Shown here: in pieces, positions 19,682 through 29,554 of the stretch
Layout: the number at the start of each line of letters is the position of its first letter
How positions within the stretch are numbered: position 1 is the first letter of the stretch
Source of the DNA: Bacillota bacterium
Lineage (GTDB): Bacteria > Sysuimicrobiota > Sysuimicrobiia > Sysuimicrobiales > Segetimicrobiaceae
Assembly: GCA_021324295.1 (NCBI GenBank)
Contig: JAJPJJ010000086.1
Coordinates: forward strand, 19,991-83,990
DNA length: 64,000 nucleotides
Reading direction: 5' to 3'
Notes under the pieces: generated by a model
What the model saw: the letters and a program-made list of their open reading frames with translations, nothing else
Databases searched by the model: none
Told to the model about the DNA's origin: nothing
Position numbers and translations under genes: made by a program

Positions 19682-21094
19682 CTACGGCTTGATGTTTTGG
19701 TTCAGCCGGAAGAAGTTGGTCGGATCGTACCGCCTCTTGAGCGCGACGAGGCGCTGGTACTTCGCCGCCCCATAGGCGGCCCGCACCCGGTCCTCGCCCT
19801 CGGCCCCCAGGAAGTTCACGTACACCCCGCCGGTCGCAAATGGGCGCATCGCCTCCCAGAACCCCCGCGCCCACGCCACCTGTGCCTCGTCCTCCGCCGG
19901 GTCCGACCAGACCGCGTTGATGTTGAGCGCGTACGGCGCCTCCCGGCCGCTGAACGCGGCGTCGTCCTCTCCGGTGCGTCTCACGGCGCCGCCGAGCTGG
20001 AAGATGATCGTGTACGACTTCCGGGACGGCATATCCCAGGCGCGGGCGACGAGCTGCTCGATCGCCGCGTCGCTGAACCCCGCGAGGTAGTCGGACTTCC
20101 AGTAGTACCGCAGCCCGTGCGGGACCGCGGCATCGAACGTGCCCTGGTGCGCGGTGTAGGCGATGGGGCGGACGAGGTCTGCGAGCGGCGTGCCGAGCCT
20201 GCGCAGCGGCGCGACGGCCCGTTCCCCCTCTTCGACCGGCCCCGCGTAGCAGGCAAAGATCGCGATCACCGGCTGGCCGTGCACGTGCTCGGGCAGGACC
20301 GGGAGCGGCGGGGCGTACCGGAGGAAGAGGATCGTGGTCAGCTCCTCGGGCGCCAGCTCGGCGTACTCGCGGTACCGGCGCAACACCTGCGCCGCCTCCG
20401 CGGCCGGGTAGAGCACGCCGCCCGCCAGCACGGTCGGGCCCACCGGGTGGAGCGCGAACTCGAACGACGTGACGATCCCAAAGTTCCCGCCCCCGCCGCG
20501 CACGCCCCAGAACAGCTCGGGATGCTCGGCCGCGCTCGCGCGGACGAACTGCCCGTCCGCGGTCACGATGTCCACGGAGCGGAGGTTGTCGCAGGTGAGC
20601 CCGTGCTTGCGCATGAGCCAGCCGATCCCGCCGCCGAGCGTGAGGCCGGCGACACCGGTGTGGGTCACGATGCCGCCAGGGGCCGCCAGCCCGAACGCCT
20701 GCGTCTCGCGGTCGAACTCGCCCCACAGGAGCCCGGGCTGCGCATGCGCCCGGCGCCCGGCCGGATCCACACGCATCCCCTTCATCGGCGACAGGTCGAT
20801 CACGAGCCCGGCGTCGCACACCGCGGTGCCGGCGACGTTGTGGCCGCCGCCGCGCACGGCGACGGGGAGCTCGCGCTCGCGGGCGAACCGGACGGCGGCC
20901 AGCACGTCCGCGACGCCCGTGCAGCGGGCGATCAGCGCCGGGCGCCTGTCGATGGCGCCGTTCCAGATCCGCCGCGCGGCCTCGTAGCCCGCCTCCCCGG
21001 GCCAGAGCAGCTCACCGCGGAACGCCGGTCGGAGGCCGGCCGCAAGCTCGCCCGGCGCGATCTCGATGTGCGTCCTCCGAGACATCTCCCTCAC
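19682..21094 (-). CDS. FAD-binding (PCMH-type) oxidoreductase with BBE-like C-terminus
   Basis: VAVRGGGHNVAGTAVCDAGLVIDLS, GVAGLTLGGGIGWL and the C-terminal YVNFL...YGAAKYQRLVALKRRYDPTNFFRLNQNI. GTG 21094 is preceded by AGGAGGGAG. Confidence 0.9.
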   Translation of the reverse strand: MREMSRRTHIEIAPGELAAGLRPAFRGELLWPGEAGYEAARRIWNGAIDRRPALIARCTGVADVLAAVRFARERELPVAVRGGGHNVAGTAVCDAGLVIDLSPMKGMRVDPAGRRAHAQPGLLWGEFDRETQAFGLAAPGGIVTHTGVAGLTLGGGIGWLMRKHGLTCDNLRSVDIVTADGQFVRASAAEHPELFWGVRGGGGNFGIVTSFEFALHPVGPTVLAGGVLYPAAEAAQVLRRYREYAELAPEELTTILFLRYAPPLPVLPEHVHGQPVIAIFACYAGPVEEGERAVAPLRRLGTPLADLVRPIAYTAHQGTFDAAVPHGLRYYWKSDYLAGFSDAAIEQLVARAWDMPSRKSYTIIFQLGGAVRRTGEDDAAFSGREAPYALNINAVWSDPAEDEAQVAWARGFWEAMRPFATGGVYVNFLGAEGEDRVRAAYGAAKYQRLVALKRRYDPTNFFRLNQNIKP

Positions 21095-21106
21095 GGCATC
21101 TCCCTC

Positions 21107-21832
21107 CTACGACGCGCGGCGCGGGCGGCTCGCCGCCGGAAGCGCGCCGCGCGAGGCCGCCCGGACGGCGTCGTGGAACGGGCTCCACTCGAGCCAGCGG
21201 GGGAACGCGCGCACGAGCGCCGGGGCGCCGTCGAGGTGCACCAGCCCCCGGCGCACGGCCTCGCCCAGGTCCATCCGCCCCAGCCACACCTTGTAGAAGG
21301 CGGCCAGGTCGGCGCCGACGATGAGATCCGGGTCGAACCCCGGATCGACCAGGCACAGCGAGACGCCGCTCTCCTCGAGCACCAGCCAGAGGAGCCGGGG
21401 CCGGCGCCCGCCGCGGAACTCGAAGCGCACGACGACGCGCCGGGGCGGCAGCAGCTCCCGCCTGATGCGCCGGCGCATCCGCCACAGCAACAGGACCGGG
21501 TCGAGCTCGTCCGGGCGGGGGTCGCCGAAGGCCCACCGCGACCCCCACCTGCCGATGCTGTCGACGACCTCCTGCAGCTCCCGGCCGGCCGGCGTCAGGT
21601 AGTATCCCGGCTCGCCGCCGCCGCCCGCGCGGCGGTGCTCCACGACCCCGGCGCGCTCGAGACGCCGCAGGCGCTCGGCCAGCAGCGGGCGGGAGATCCC
21701 CGGCAGGCCGCGGTCCAGGTCGTTGAAGCGGTGCGCGCCGGCCAGCAGCTCGCGGATGATGAGGAGCGTCCACCGGTCCGCGAAGATCTCCGCGGCGCGC
21801 GCGACCGGGCAGTATTGCCCGTACGGCTCCAT
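21107..21832 (-). CDS. HxlR-family transcriptional regulator with C-terminal extension
   Basis: MEPYGQYCPVARAAEIFADRWTLLIIRELLAGAHRFNDLDRGLPGISRPLLAERLRRLERAGVV is a typical HxlR wHTH. The start is ATG at 21832. The upstream part of the track ORF is junk. Confidence 0.88.
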   Translation of the reverse strand: MEPYGQYCPVARAAEIFADRWTLLIIRELLAGAHRFNDLDRGLPGISRPLLAERLRRLERAGVVEHRRAGGGGEPGYYLTPAGRELQEVVDSIGRWGSRWAFGDPRPDELDPVLLLWRMRRRIRRELLPPRRVVVRFEFRGGRRPRLLWLVLEESGVSLCLVDPGFDPDLIVGADLAAFYKVWLGRMDLGEAVRRGLVHLDGAPALVRAFPRWLEWSPFHDAVRAASRGALPAASRPRRAS

Positions 21833-22074
21833 GGCCCCATTGTGGCACGGCCGCGCCCGCCTGCCTAGTTCTTTTTTTACACCAACCCGGCGGGGCGTTC
21901 GTCGCGCCGGCAGGATGGCGGGGCCCGGGCACGGCCGCGCCGCTTCTCCCCGCCACCGCCCGAGCGACGCAGGAGCAGCGCCCCCGTACGTGTAAATGCC
22001 GTCCATCCAGGATGCCGCCGGAGCGCACCCGGGGCGCCGGCGGCCGGGATGCAGCCCGGTGAGGAGGAACCGCC

Positions 22075-23757
22075 ATGCGAGCGCAGATGCTGAGGGGTGC
22101 GTTTGTCTTCGCGGTGATCGCCGCGCTGGTCGTCGGGACGGGGCCCGGCCGGACGCAGGCACAGGCCAGCCGCCAGGTGCGGGAGCTCGTCCTCGTGACG
22201 TGGCCGCAGGCCGCCGATCCGCAGCAGTACGAGGCGGCCCGCATCGCGGCCGAGGGGATGCGCAAGCTCGGCCTCAAGGTGACGGTGCGGCCGATGCCGT
22301 GGGAGCAGCTCTCGGACTACGTCTGGTACAACCGGCAGAAGTGGGACATGACGACCTGGCAGATGGTCGGCCGCCCGGAGCGCTCCGACCCGGACGAGAT
22401 CCTGGTCAACCTCTTCTCGTCGAGCACGGCCAAGGACGGGTACAACTTCATCGGGTTCATCGATCCCGCGTACGACGAGGTGGCGCAGGCGCAGCGGTCC
22501 GCCACCGACCCGGAGCGTCGCAGGAAGCTCGTGTACGAGGCCCAGCGGATGCTGGCCGAGAAGCAGCCGTACACGTTCCTCGTGAACCCGAAGTCCCTCT
22601 ACGCCTATAACAACCAGGTGTGGGATCCCAAGACGATCGTGGACCAGAAGGGCATCGGCATCAAGAACTTCTGGACCTTCATCCAGGCGACCCCGAAGGG
22701 CGCGCAGAAGGACATGGTCCTGAACGCGCAGGACCCGGTCCAGGCGATCAACCCCCTGTACATCAGCGGGAAGGTCGACTCCTGGGTCACGGAGCTGATC
22801 TGGGACCGCCTCGTGCGCATCGGACCCGACGGGCTCCCCCGTCCGTGGGCCGCGGCCGCGTACACGTGGGTCAACCCGACCACGCTGGACGTCACGCTCC
22901 GCTCGGGGATGAAGTGGCACGACGGCAGGCCGGTGACCGCCGAGGATGTCATCTTCTCGTTCATGGCGCCGAAGGGCGCCAAGGTCCCGATGTACAAGCC
23001 GTTCGTCGCCAACATCGCGGCCATCAAGGCGCTCAACGCCACCACGCTGCGGTTCACGCTGGATCGGCCACAGGCCGCGTTCCTCACATCGACGCTCGGT
23101 AAGCTGAATTTGGTGCCGCGGCACGTCTGGGAGCCGATGCTCCAGTCCCTCGAGGGGAAGAAGGAGAACGCGGAGTCGCTCCAGGAGAGGACGCCGATCG
23201 GCTCCGGCCCGTTCAAGTTCGTGAGCTGGACGCGCGGCCAGGAGGTCGTGCTGGAGGCCAACCCGCAGCACTGGGCCGCGCCCAGGATGCACCGCTGGAT
23301 CCTGCGCACGGTCGCCAACGTGGAGGCGGCGCTCGGCGGGCTGCGCAACGGGGAGCTCAACTTCCTCTCGGACTACCTCGGCGACCCGCAGGTCCTCGTC
23401 CGTCTGAGCCGCCAGGATCCGCGGATCACGGTCGTCGCCTCGACCGACATCGGCTTCCAGTTCATCGCGTACAACGAGCGCCGCCCGCCGTTCAACGACC
23501 CGGTGTTCCGCAAGGCGCTCAGCATGGCGATCGACCGCACGATGATCCGCCTGGTGGCGTACAAGGGCTACGGCGTGCTGGCCGACTCCCCGGTGAGCAA
23601 GGCGCTCGAGTTCTGGCACGCGCCCGGCCTGCCGCAGCTGCCGTACAGCGTACAGGCGGCGCGCGACCTCCTGAAGAAGGCCGGGTACGACTGGGACAGC
23701 CAGGGCCGCCTGCTCTACCCCGCCAACCAGACCGAGACGCTCGAGGTCGCGCGGTAG
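22075..23757 (+). CDS. ABC transporter substrate-binding protein, family 5 (peptide/nickel type)
   Basis: Signal peptide MRAQMLRGAFVFAVIAALVVG and family-5 SBP length and sequence. It is followed by two permease genes and two ATPase genes. Confidence 0.9.
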   Translation: MRAQMLRGAFVFAVIAALVVGTGPGRTQAQASRQVRELVLVTWPQAADPQQYEAARIAAEGMRKLGLKVTVRPMPWEQLSDYVWYNRQKWDMTTWQMVGRPERSDPDEILVNLFSSSTAKDGYNFIGFIDPAYDEVAQAQRSATDPERRRKLVYEAQRMLAEKQPYTFLVNPKSLYAYNNQVWDPKTIVDQKGIGIKNFWTFIQATPKGAQKDMVLNAQDPVQAINPLYISGKVDSWVTELIWDRLVRIGPDGLPRPWAAAAYTWVNPTTLDVTLRSGMKWHDGRPVTAEDVIFSFMAPKGAKVPMYKPFVANIAAIKALNATTLRFTLDRPQAAFLTSTLGKLNLVPRHVWEPMLQSLEGKKENAESLQERTPIGSGPFKFVSWTRGQEVVLEANPQHWAAPRMHRWILRTVANVEAALGGLRNGELNFLSDYLGDPQVLVRLSRQDPRITVVASTDIGFQFIAYNERRPPFNDPVFRKALSMAIDRTMIRLVAYKGYGVLADSPVSKALEFWHAPGLPQLPYSVQAARDLLKKAGYDWDSQGRLLYPANQTETLEVAR

Positions 23758-23840
23758 GGTCGCCCGGGACGGCGCCCGCGTCCGGCGGCGGCGCCGCCGG
23801 ACGCGGGCCTCCTGCGGCTGCGCCCGAGGGGGCTGGCCGG

Positions 23841-24830
23841 ATGACGCGCGCGTCCTCCCGCTGGATCGCACAGCGCCTGGCCCAGATGCTGCTCGTGCTG
23901 TGGGTCATCGCAACGATCCTGTTCCTGATCTTCCGCCTGATGCCGGGCAACCCGCTCGTGGCGTACATCGATCCCAACTTCACCGCGGAGCAGCAGCGCG
24001 CGCTGGTCCACGAGTTCGGGCTCGCCCTGCCGCTGTGGCAGCAGTACCTGCTCTACCTGAAGGCGTCCGCGACCGGCCACATGGGGCAGTCGTTCTTCTA
24101 CCATGCCCCCGTGGCCCAGCTGGTGTGGGAGACCCTGCCCAACACCCTGATCCTCACGGGGGGCGCGGTGATCGTCGCCTACCTCCTCGGCACCGCCGCC
24201 GGCGCGTTCTTCGCGTGGAGGCGTGGGGCGGCGGCGGAGGGGATCGGCATCCCGCTGGCCCTCGCCGCGCGCGCGGCGCCGGAGTTCTGGGTGGGCATGA
24301 TCCTGCTCGCCGTCTTCTCGTTCTCCCTGCGCTGGTTCCCGTCGTCCGGCACCGCGAGCCCCGGCGTGCAGTACGCCTCGGTGTGGCAGCAGCTGACAAG
24401 CCCGGACTTCCTCCGCCACCTCGCCCTCCCGCTCGCGACCTTCGTGCTGTACCTGCAGGGGCTGCCCCTCCTGCTGATGCGCAGCAGCATGCTCGATGTG
24501 ATGGAGGAGGAGTTCGTCGTGATGGCCCGGATGAAGGGCCTGCCCGAGCGCCGCATCCTCCTGCGCCACGCCGCGCGCAACGCGCTGCTGCCCGTCGCGA
24601 CGGCGTTTGCGCTCGTGATCGGGTACAGCCTGGGGGGCGACGTCGTGATCGAGAACGTCTTCAGCTGGCCCGGCCTCGGACGCCTCCTCGTGAAGGCCGT
24701 CGCATCCAAGGACTACCCGCTGGCGCAGGGCGCGTTCCTCCTCATCGCCGCGGTCGCCATCCTCATGAACCTGCTGGCGGACCTGGCCTACGCCTGGCTC
24801 GACCCGCGGGTCTCCTATGCGAAGCGGTAG
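23841..24830 (+). CDS. ABC transporter permease (DppB/OppB-type)
   Basis: N-terminus RWIAQRLAQMLLVLWVIATILFLIFRLMPGNP and the EAA-loop region MARMKGLPERRILLRHAARNALLP. Confidence 0.92.
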   Translation: MTRASSRWIAQRLAQMLLVLWVIATILFLIFRLMPGNPLVAYIDPNFTAEQQRALVHEFGLALPLWQQYLLYLKASATGHMGQSFFYHAPVAQLVWETLPNTLILTGGAVIVAYLLGTAAGAFFAWRRGAAAEGIGIPLALAARAAPEFWVGMILLAVFSFSLRWFPSSGTASPGVQYASVWQQLTSPDFLRHLALPLATFVLYLQGLPLLLMRSSMLDVMEEEFVVMARMKGLPERRILLRHAARNALLPVATAFALVIGYSLGGDVVIENVFSWPGLGRLLVKAVASKDYPLAQGAFLLIAAVAILMNLLADLAYAWLDPRVSYAKR

Positions 24831-25737
24831 CCTCGAGGCCCTGCCCCGGCCGCGGGCGGCCGGGGCCGCGGCGTGGCGCCGCGCGCTCGGCGCCCTGGGA
24901 AGCGTGCTGCGGCACGATCCCTTCGCCGCCGCCGGCATCTGCATCTACGCGGTGTTCGTCCTGGTGGCGCTGCTCGCGCCCTGGATCGCGCCGTACGACC
25001 CGCAGCAGACGATCGTCCGCGGGGACGACCTCATGGCGAGCCGGCCTCCCGGCCGCGAGTTCCTCCTCGGCACGACCAACGTGGGCCGGGACATCTTCTC
25101 GCAGCTCGTGTACGGCGCGCGGCCGGCGCTCACGGTCGGGTTCGCGGCGGCGTTCTGCGTGACGTTGCTCGGGACCGTGGTCGGCATCGTCGCCGGCTAC
25201 TCGGGGGGGTGGATCGATGCGCTCCTGATGCGCCTCGCCGACGTCGCGTTCGGCATCCCGTTCCTGCCGCTCGTGATCGTCCTCGTGGCCTTCCTGGGCC
25301 CCAGCCTCTGGAACATCGTCCTGACGATGGCCCTCCTGCTGTGGAAGGACACCGCGCGGGTGGTCCGCGCGCAGGTGCTGGTGCTCCGCGAACGGGGCTT
25401 CGTCGAGTCGGCGCGCGTGCTCGGGGCCTCCCCCGTCCGGGTGATGCTCGTGCACATCGCGCCGAACGTCCTGCCGGTGGCCCTCCTCTACGGGTCGCTC
25501 GCGGTCGGCTGGGCGATCCTGACGGAGGCCAGCGTGAGCTTCCTGGGATTCGGGGACGCGACCCAGATCTCGTGGGGCTTCATGCTGCAGGACGCCTACG
25601 TCTCCCAGGCCCTCAGCAGCGGCGCGTACAACTGGTTCGTGCCGCCCGGCATCTGCATCATGCTCGTCGTGATGGCCGGCTACTTCATCAGCCGCGGGTA
25701 CGAGGAGCTGCTGTTCCCGCGCCTGCGGAGGCAGTAG
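24817..25737 (+). CDS. ABC transporter permease (DppC/OppC-type)
   Basis: LGTTNVGRDIFSQLVYGARPAL and ESARVLGASPVRVMLVHIAPNVLP. It overlaps the upstream permease by 14 nt. Confidence 0.92.
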   Translation: MRSGSLEALPRPRAAGAAAWRRALGALGSVLRHDPFAAAGICIYAVFVLVALLAPWIAPYDPQQTIVRGDDLMASRPPGREFLLGTTNVGRDIFSQLVYGARPALTVGFAAAFCVTLLGTVVGIVAGYSGGWIDALLMRLADVAFGIPFLPLVIVLVAFLGPSLWNIVLTMALLLWKDTARVVRAQVLVLRERGFVESARVLGASPVRVMLVHIAPNVLPVALLYGSLAVGWAILTEASVSFLGFGDATQISWGFMLQDAYVSQALSSGAYNWFVPPGICIMLVVMAGYFISRGYEELLFPRLRRQ

Positions 25738-25738
25738 G

Positions 25739-26752
25739 GTGTCGCTGCTGGCCCTGGAGGGCCTCACCGTCGACTACCGCACGCAGCGCGGGATACGGCG
25801 GGCGGTGGACGGGGTGACGTTGGAGGTGCGGCCGGGCGAGATCCTCGGCCTCGTGGGCGAAAGCGGCTGCGGCAAGACGACGCTCGGCCGCGCGGTCATC
25901 CGCGTCCTCCCGCGGAACGCCCGGATCGCGGGCGGTCGCGTGCTGTTCGAGGGTGTGGACCTCGCCGCGCTCAGCGAGCCGCAGATGCGCGCGTACCGCT
26001 GGCGCAAGATCGCGATGGTCCCGCAGGCCTCGATGGACTCCCTCGACCCGGTCTACCGGCTCGGCGACCAGTTCCGGGAGGTGCTCACCGTCACCGGCGG
26101 CCTGGGGCGCGCGGAGGCGGGCGAGCGGACGCTGGCGCTGTGCGACCTCGTGGGGCTGGACCGGCGGCGCCTGGCGAGCTTTCCCCACGAGCTCTCCGGC
26201 GGGATGCGGCAGCGGGCGGCCATCGCGATGGCGCTCGCGCTCCACCCCCGGCTGCTGCTCGCCGACGAGCCGGTGACGGCGCTCGACGTGGTGGTGCAGC
26301 ACCACATCCTGCGGCGGCTGCGGCGCCTCACGGCGGAGCTCGACCTGAGCATCGTGCTCGTGACCCACGACATCTCCGTGATCGCGCAGACGTGCGACCG
26401 CATGGCGGTGATGTACGCCGGGACGATCGCGGAGGTCGGCGCGACGGCGGAGGTGTTCGCGAGCCCCCGCCATCCCTACACGATGGGGCTGCAGAACTCG
26501 TTCCCCAACCTGGTGCGGCCGGAGCAGACGCTGATCCCGATCGAGGGCAGCCCGCCCGACCTGATCGCCCCGCCCCCGGGGTGCCGCTTCGCCCCGCGCT
26601 GCCCGTTCGCCGTGGACCGCTGCCGCGAGGAGGCGCCCGCGCCGCGCGAGATCGAGCGCGGGCGCTGGGCCGCCTGCCATCGCGCGGAGGAGGCCGGCGA
26701 GCTGCGGGCCCAATCCCGGGACGCGCGCCGGTGGCGCGTCGGGGTCCGATGA
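25739..26752 (+). CDS. ABC transporter ATP-binding protein (DppD/OppD-type)
   Basis: Walker A GESGCGKTT, signature LSGGMRQRAAIAMAL and a C-terminal oligopeptide-ATPase motif CRFAPRCPFAVDRC. Confidence 0.92.
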   Translation: MSLLALEGLTVDYRTQRGIRRAVDGVTLEVRPGEILGLVGESGCGKTTLGRAVIRVLPRNARIAGGRVLFEGVDLAALSEPQMRAYRWRKIAMVPQASMDSLDPVYRLGDQFREVLTVTGGLGRAEAGERTLALCDLVGLDRRRLASFPHELSGGMRQRAAIAMALALHPRLLLADEPVTALDVVVQHHILRRLRRLTAELDLSIVLVTHDISVIAQTCDRMAVMYAGTIAEVGATAEVFASPRHPYTMGLQNSFPNLVRPEQTLIPIEGSPPDLIAPPPGCRFAPRCPFAVDRCREEAPAPREIERGRWAACHRAEEAGELRAQSRDARRWRVGVR

Positions 26753-27732
26753 CCGCGGAGCCGCTCGTCCAGGTCGAGGGCCTGCGCAAGTACTTCCCGC
26801 TCCGCCGCTCTCTCTGGAGGCGCCCCGGCGGCGGGGACTACCTGCGCGCCGTGGACGGCGTCTCGTTCGAGATCCCGCGGGGGTCCTCGCTCGGGATCGC
26901 CGGGGAGAGCGGGTGCGGGAAGACCACGCTCGCCCGTCTGCTCGTGCGGCTCCTCACGCCGAGCGCCGGCCGCATCCGGTTCGACGGCGTCGACCTCCAC
27001 GCGCTCGCGGGGCCGCGGCTGCTGGCGTTCCGGCGGCGGGCCCAGATGATGTTCCAGAACCCGTACGAGGCGATCAACCCGCGCTTCACGATCGGGCGGG
27101 CGCTGCTCGAGCCGCTCGTCATCCACCGCATCGGCACGCCCGGCGACCGGATGGACCGGGTGCTGGCGGCGCTGGACCAGGTGCACCTCTCCCCCGCCGA
27201 GGCGTTCGTGGACGCGTTTCCCCACCAGCTCTCGGGAGGGCAGCTCCAGCGCGTCGGCCTGGCCCGCGCGCTGATGGTGGACCCCGTCTTTCTCGTCGCG
27301 GACGAGCCGGTCTCGATGCTCGACGTCTCCATCCGCGCGGGCGTGCTCAACCTCATGAAGGAGATCGCGCGGACGCGCCGCCTCACGACCGTGTACATCT
27401 CGCACGACCTCGCGCTCGTGCGCTACGTCTGCGACGCGACGATGATCATGTACCTCGGGACGGTGGCGGAGATCGGCCCCACGCCGGAGGTGCTCGCGCG
27501 CGCCAAGCACCCGTACACGCAGCTCCTGCTCGCCGCAGCCCCGGTGCCCGATCCCGGGCACCGCGCGCCGGAGATCCCCGAGACGGAGCTCGTCCCGACG
27601 CCCATCGGGCCGGCCCGCGGGTGCCCGTTCGTGGACCGCTGCCCCCACGCGATGGCGGTCTGCCGGGCCGCCGCCCCGCCGCTCGCCGCCGTCGGGCGGG
27701 GCCACTACGCGGCGTGCCATCTGTACGCGTGA
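26749..27732 (+). CDS. ABC transporter ATP-binding protein (DppF/OppF-type)
   Basis: ATG 26749 overlaps the upstream stop. Contains GESGCGKTT, LSGGQLQRVGLARAL and CPFVDRCPHAMAVC. Confidence 0.92.
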   Translation: MTAEPLVQVEGLRKYFPLRRSLWRRPGGGDYLRAVDGVSFEIPRGSSLGIAGESGCGKTTLARLLVRLLTPSAGRIRFDGVDLHALAGPRLLAFRRRAQMMFQNPYEAINPRFTIGRALLEPLVIHRIGTPGDRMDRVLAALDQVHLSPAEAFVDAFPHQLSGGQLQRVGLARALMVDPVFLVADEPVSMLDVSIRAGVLNLMKEIARTRRLTTVYISHDLALVRYVCDATMIMYLGTVAEIGPTPEVLARAKHPYTQLLLAAAPVPDPGHRAPEIPETELVPTPIGPARGCPFVDRCPHAMAVCRAAAPPLAAVGRGHYAACHLYA

Positions 27733-27910
27733 CCGTCGCGCCACCCCGGCGCCCCATCCCGCTCGGGTGGGGCTTGTGGCGGTCGAGGTGCGCGGAGGAA
27801 TTCGCGCGGGGTGGCACGTACACTCCCATACTTCTGCGCGTCCAGGACGCCGTCCCGGGTGGCGGAACGCGCCCCGGGGCGGCCCGGCGGCGGCGAGGAG
27901 GGAAGCGGGC

Positions 27911-29518
27911 ATGAGCCGGAGAGACCTGCGTCTCATCGTGGCGCTCGGCGTCGCGTGCACGCTCGCGCTGACGCTGGGCGCGCTCCCGCGCGGGCAGGCG
28001 GCCGCGCCGACGACGCTCGTGATCGCGGTGGGCATCGACGCGGACACGCTGGATCCCGAGGGGCAGACGACCACCACGGTGGCGAACATGGTGGACTACA
28101 TGTTCGACTCGCTCGTCTGGTACAACGACGAGCGGTCCGGCGTGCAGCCGGGCCAGCCGCAGTACACGAAGGTGGTGAGCCAGCTCGCGACCTCGTGGAC
28201 GGTGAGCAACGACGGGCTGACGTATACCTTCAAGCTGCGGCAGGGCGTCAAGTTCCAGGACGGGACCGACTTCGATGCCCAGGCGGTCAAGTTCAACGTC
28301 GAGCGGTGGCTCGATCCCGCCGTGCGCAACCCCAACCGGTACTACTTCACGGACATCGACCCGAGCCGGATCGAGACGCCGGACCGCTACACGGTGGTCC
28401 TCCACCTCAGGCGCCCGAGCCCAACCCTCCTCGCGCGGATGGCGACCACGGGAGGCGAGATCCTCTCGCCGGCGGCCGTGAAGAAGATCGGCAACGACAA
28501 GATCCCCCTCGGCCCCACCGAGGCCGGCACCGGCCCGTACATGTTCAAGGAGTGGGCGCACGGCGACCACATCACGCTCGTCCGCAACCCCAGCTACTGG
28601 GGCCGCAAGCCGTACTTCGACGTGGTGACCTTCCGCGTCGTGCCCAACGCCGGCACACGCGAGACGATGCTGCGGGCCGGCGACGTGCAGATGGCCTTCG
28701 AGCCGCCCGCCCCTGACGTCCCGGCGCTGAGGCGGGACAAGAGCCTGAAGGTCGTGGAGGGCCCGAGCGACCGCGACATCTTCATCGGCCTGAACAACCA
28801 GTACGGGCCGCTCAAGGACGTGCGGGTGCGGCAGGCGCTCAACTACGCGGTGAACAAGCGGGCGATCATCCAGAGCATCCTCTTCGGCCTGGGCACGGTG
28901 CTGGAGTCGCCGACGACGCCGTTCCTGTTCGGGTACACGAAGGTGCAGCCCGGCGGGTGGCCGTTCAACCCGGTGCAGGCGAAGAAGCTCCTGGCCGAGG
29001 CCGGGTTCCCGCAGGGGTTCAGCGTGAGCTTCCGGACGCCCACCGGCCGGTACATCCAGGACTACCAGTTCGCCCAGGCCGTCGCCGCCCAGCTCGCCAA
29101 CGTCGGCGTCAAGGCGCAGATCCAGACGACCGATTGGCCGACGTACATCAAGTGGGTCACGGCGCCGCTCGAGCAGACGCCGCTGCAGATCTTCGTCCTC
29201 GGATGGGCCGCGCCGTACCTGGACGCCGACGCGGAGCTGTACGGACAGTTCTACTCGGGCCAGTGGCCGACGAAGGGACTCGCGTCCTCTTTCTACAAGA
29301 ACCCGAAGGTGGACGAGCTGCTGCTGGCGGGCCAGACGACGCCGGACCCGAAGAAGCGCCAGGAGATGTACAAGGAGGCCCAGGAGTTGATCTGGAAGGA
29401 CGCGCCGTGGATCTTCCTGTGGAGCCAGAACTTCTACGTCGTGACGTCGAGCCACCTCGAGGGCGTCACCACGACGCCCAACGAGAAGTGGGCCGCGATC
29501 TACGCGACCTGGAAGTAG
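27911..29518 (+). CDS. Second family-5 ABC substrate-binding protein
   Basis: ATG 27911 follows GGAGGG. Signal peptide MSRRDLRLIVALGVACTLALTLG and family-5 SBP sequence (VRNPSYWGRKPYFD, GFSVSFRTPTGRY). Confidence 0.9.
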   Translation: MSRRDLRLIVALGVACTLALTLGALPRGQAAAPTTLVIAVGIDADTLDPEGQTTTTVANMVDYMFDSLVWYNDERSGVQPGQPQYTKVVSQLATSWTVSNDGLTYTFKLRQGVKFQDGTDFDAQAVKFNVERWLDPAVRNPNRYYFTDIDPSRIETPDRYTVVLHLRRPSPTLLARMATTGGEILSPAAVKKIGNDKIPLGPTEAGTGPYMFKEWAHGDHITLVRNPSYWGRKPYFDVVTFRVVPNAGTRETMLRAGDVQMAFEPPAPDVPALRRDKSLKVVEGPSDRDIFIGLNNQYGPLKDVRVRQALNYAVNKRAIIQSILFGLGTVLESPTTPFLFGYTKVQPGGWPFNPVQAKKLLAEAGFPQGFSVSFRTPTGRYIQDYQFAQAVAAQLANVGVKAQIQTTDWPTYIKWVTAPLEQTPLQIFVLGWAAPYLDADAELYGQFYSGQWPTKGLASSFYKNPKVDELLLAGQTTPDPKKRQEMYKEAQELIWKDAPWIFLWSQNFYVVTSSHLEGVTTTPNEKWAAIYATWK

Positions 29519-29554
29519 CGGTCCGTCGCCGATACCGGGCGGCACCCCGACGGG

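Noticed and set aside
21861-21885. The T-run TTCTTTTTTT in the hxlR/SBP divergent gap, considered as an intrinsic terminator or -35 element.
   Set aside because: No preceding stable hairpin could be drawn. No plus-strand gene ends upstream. No -10 lies at proper spacing after the TTTACA string.
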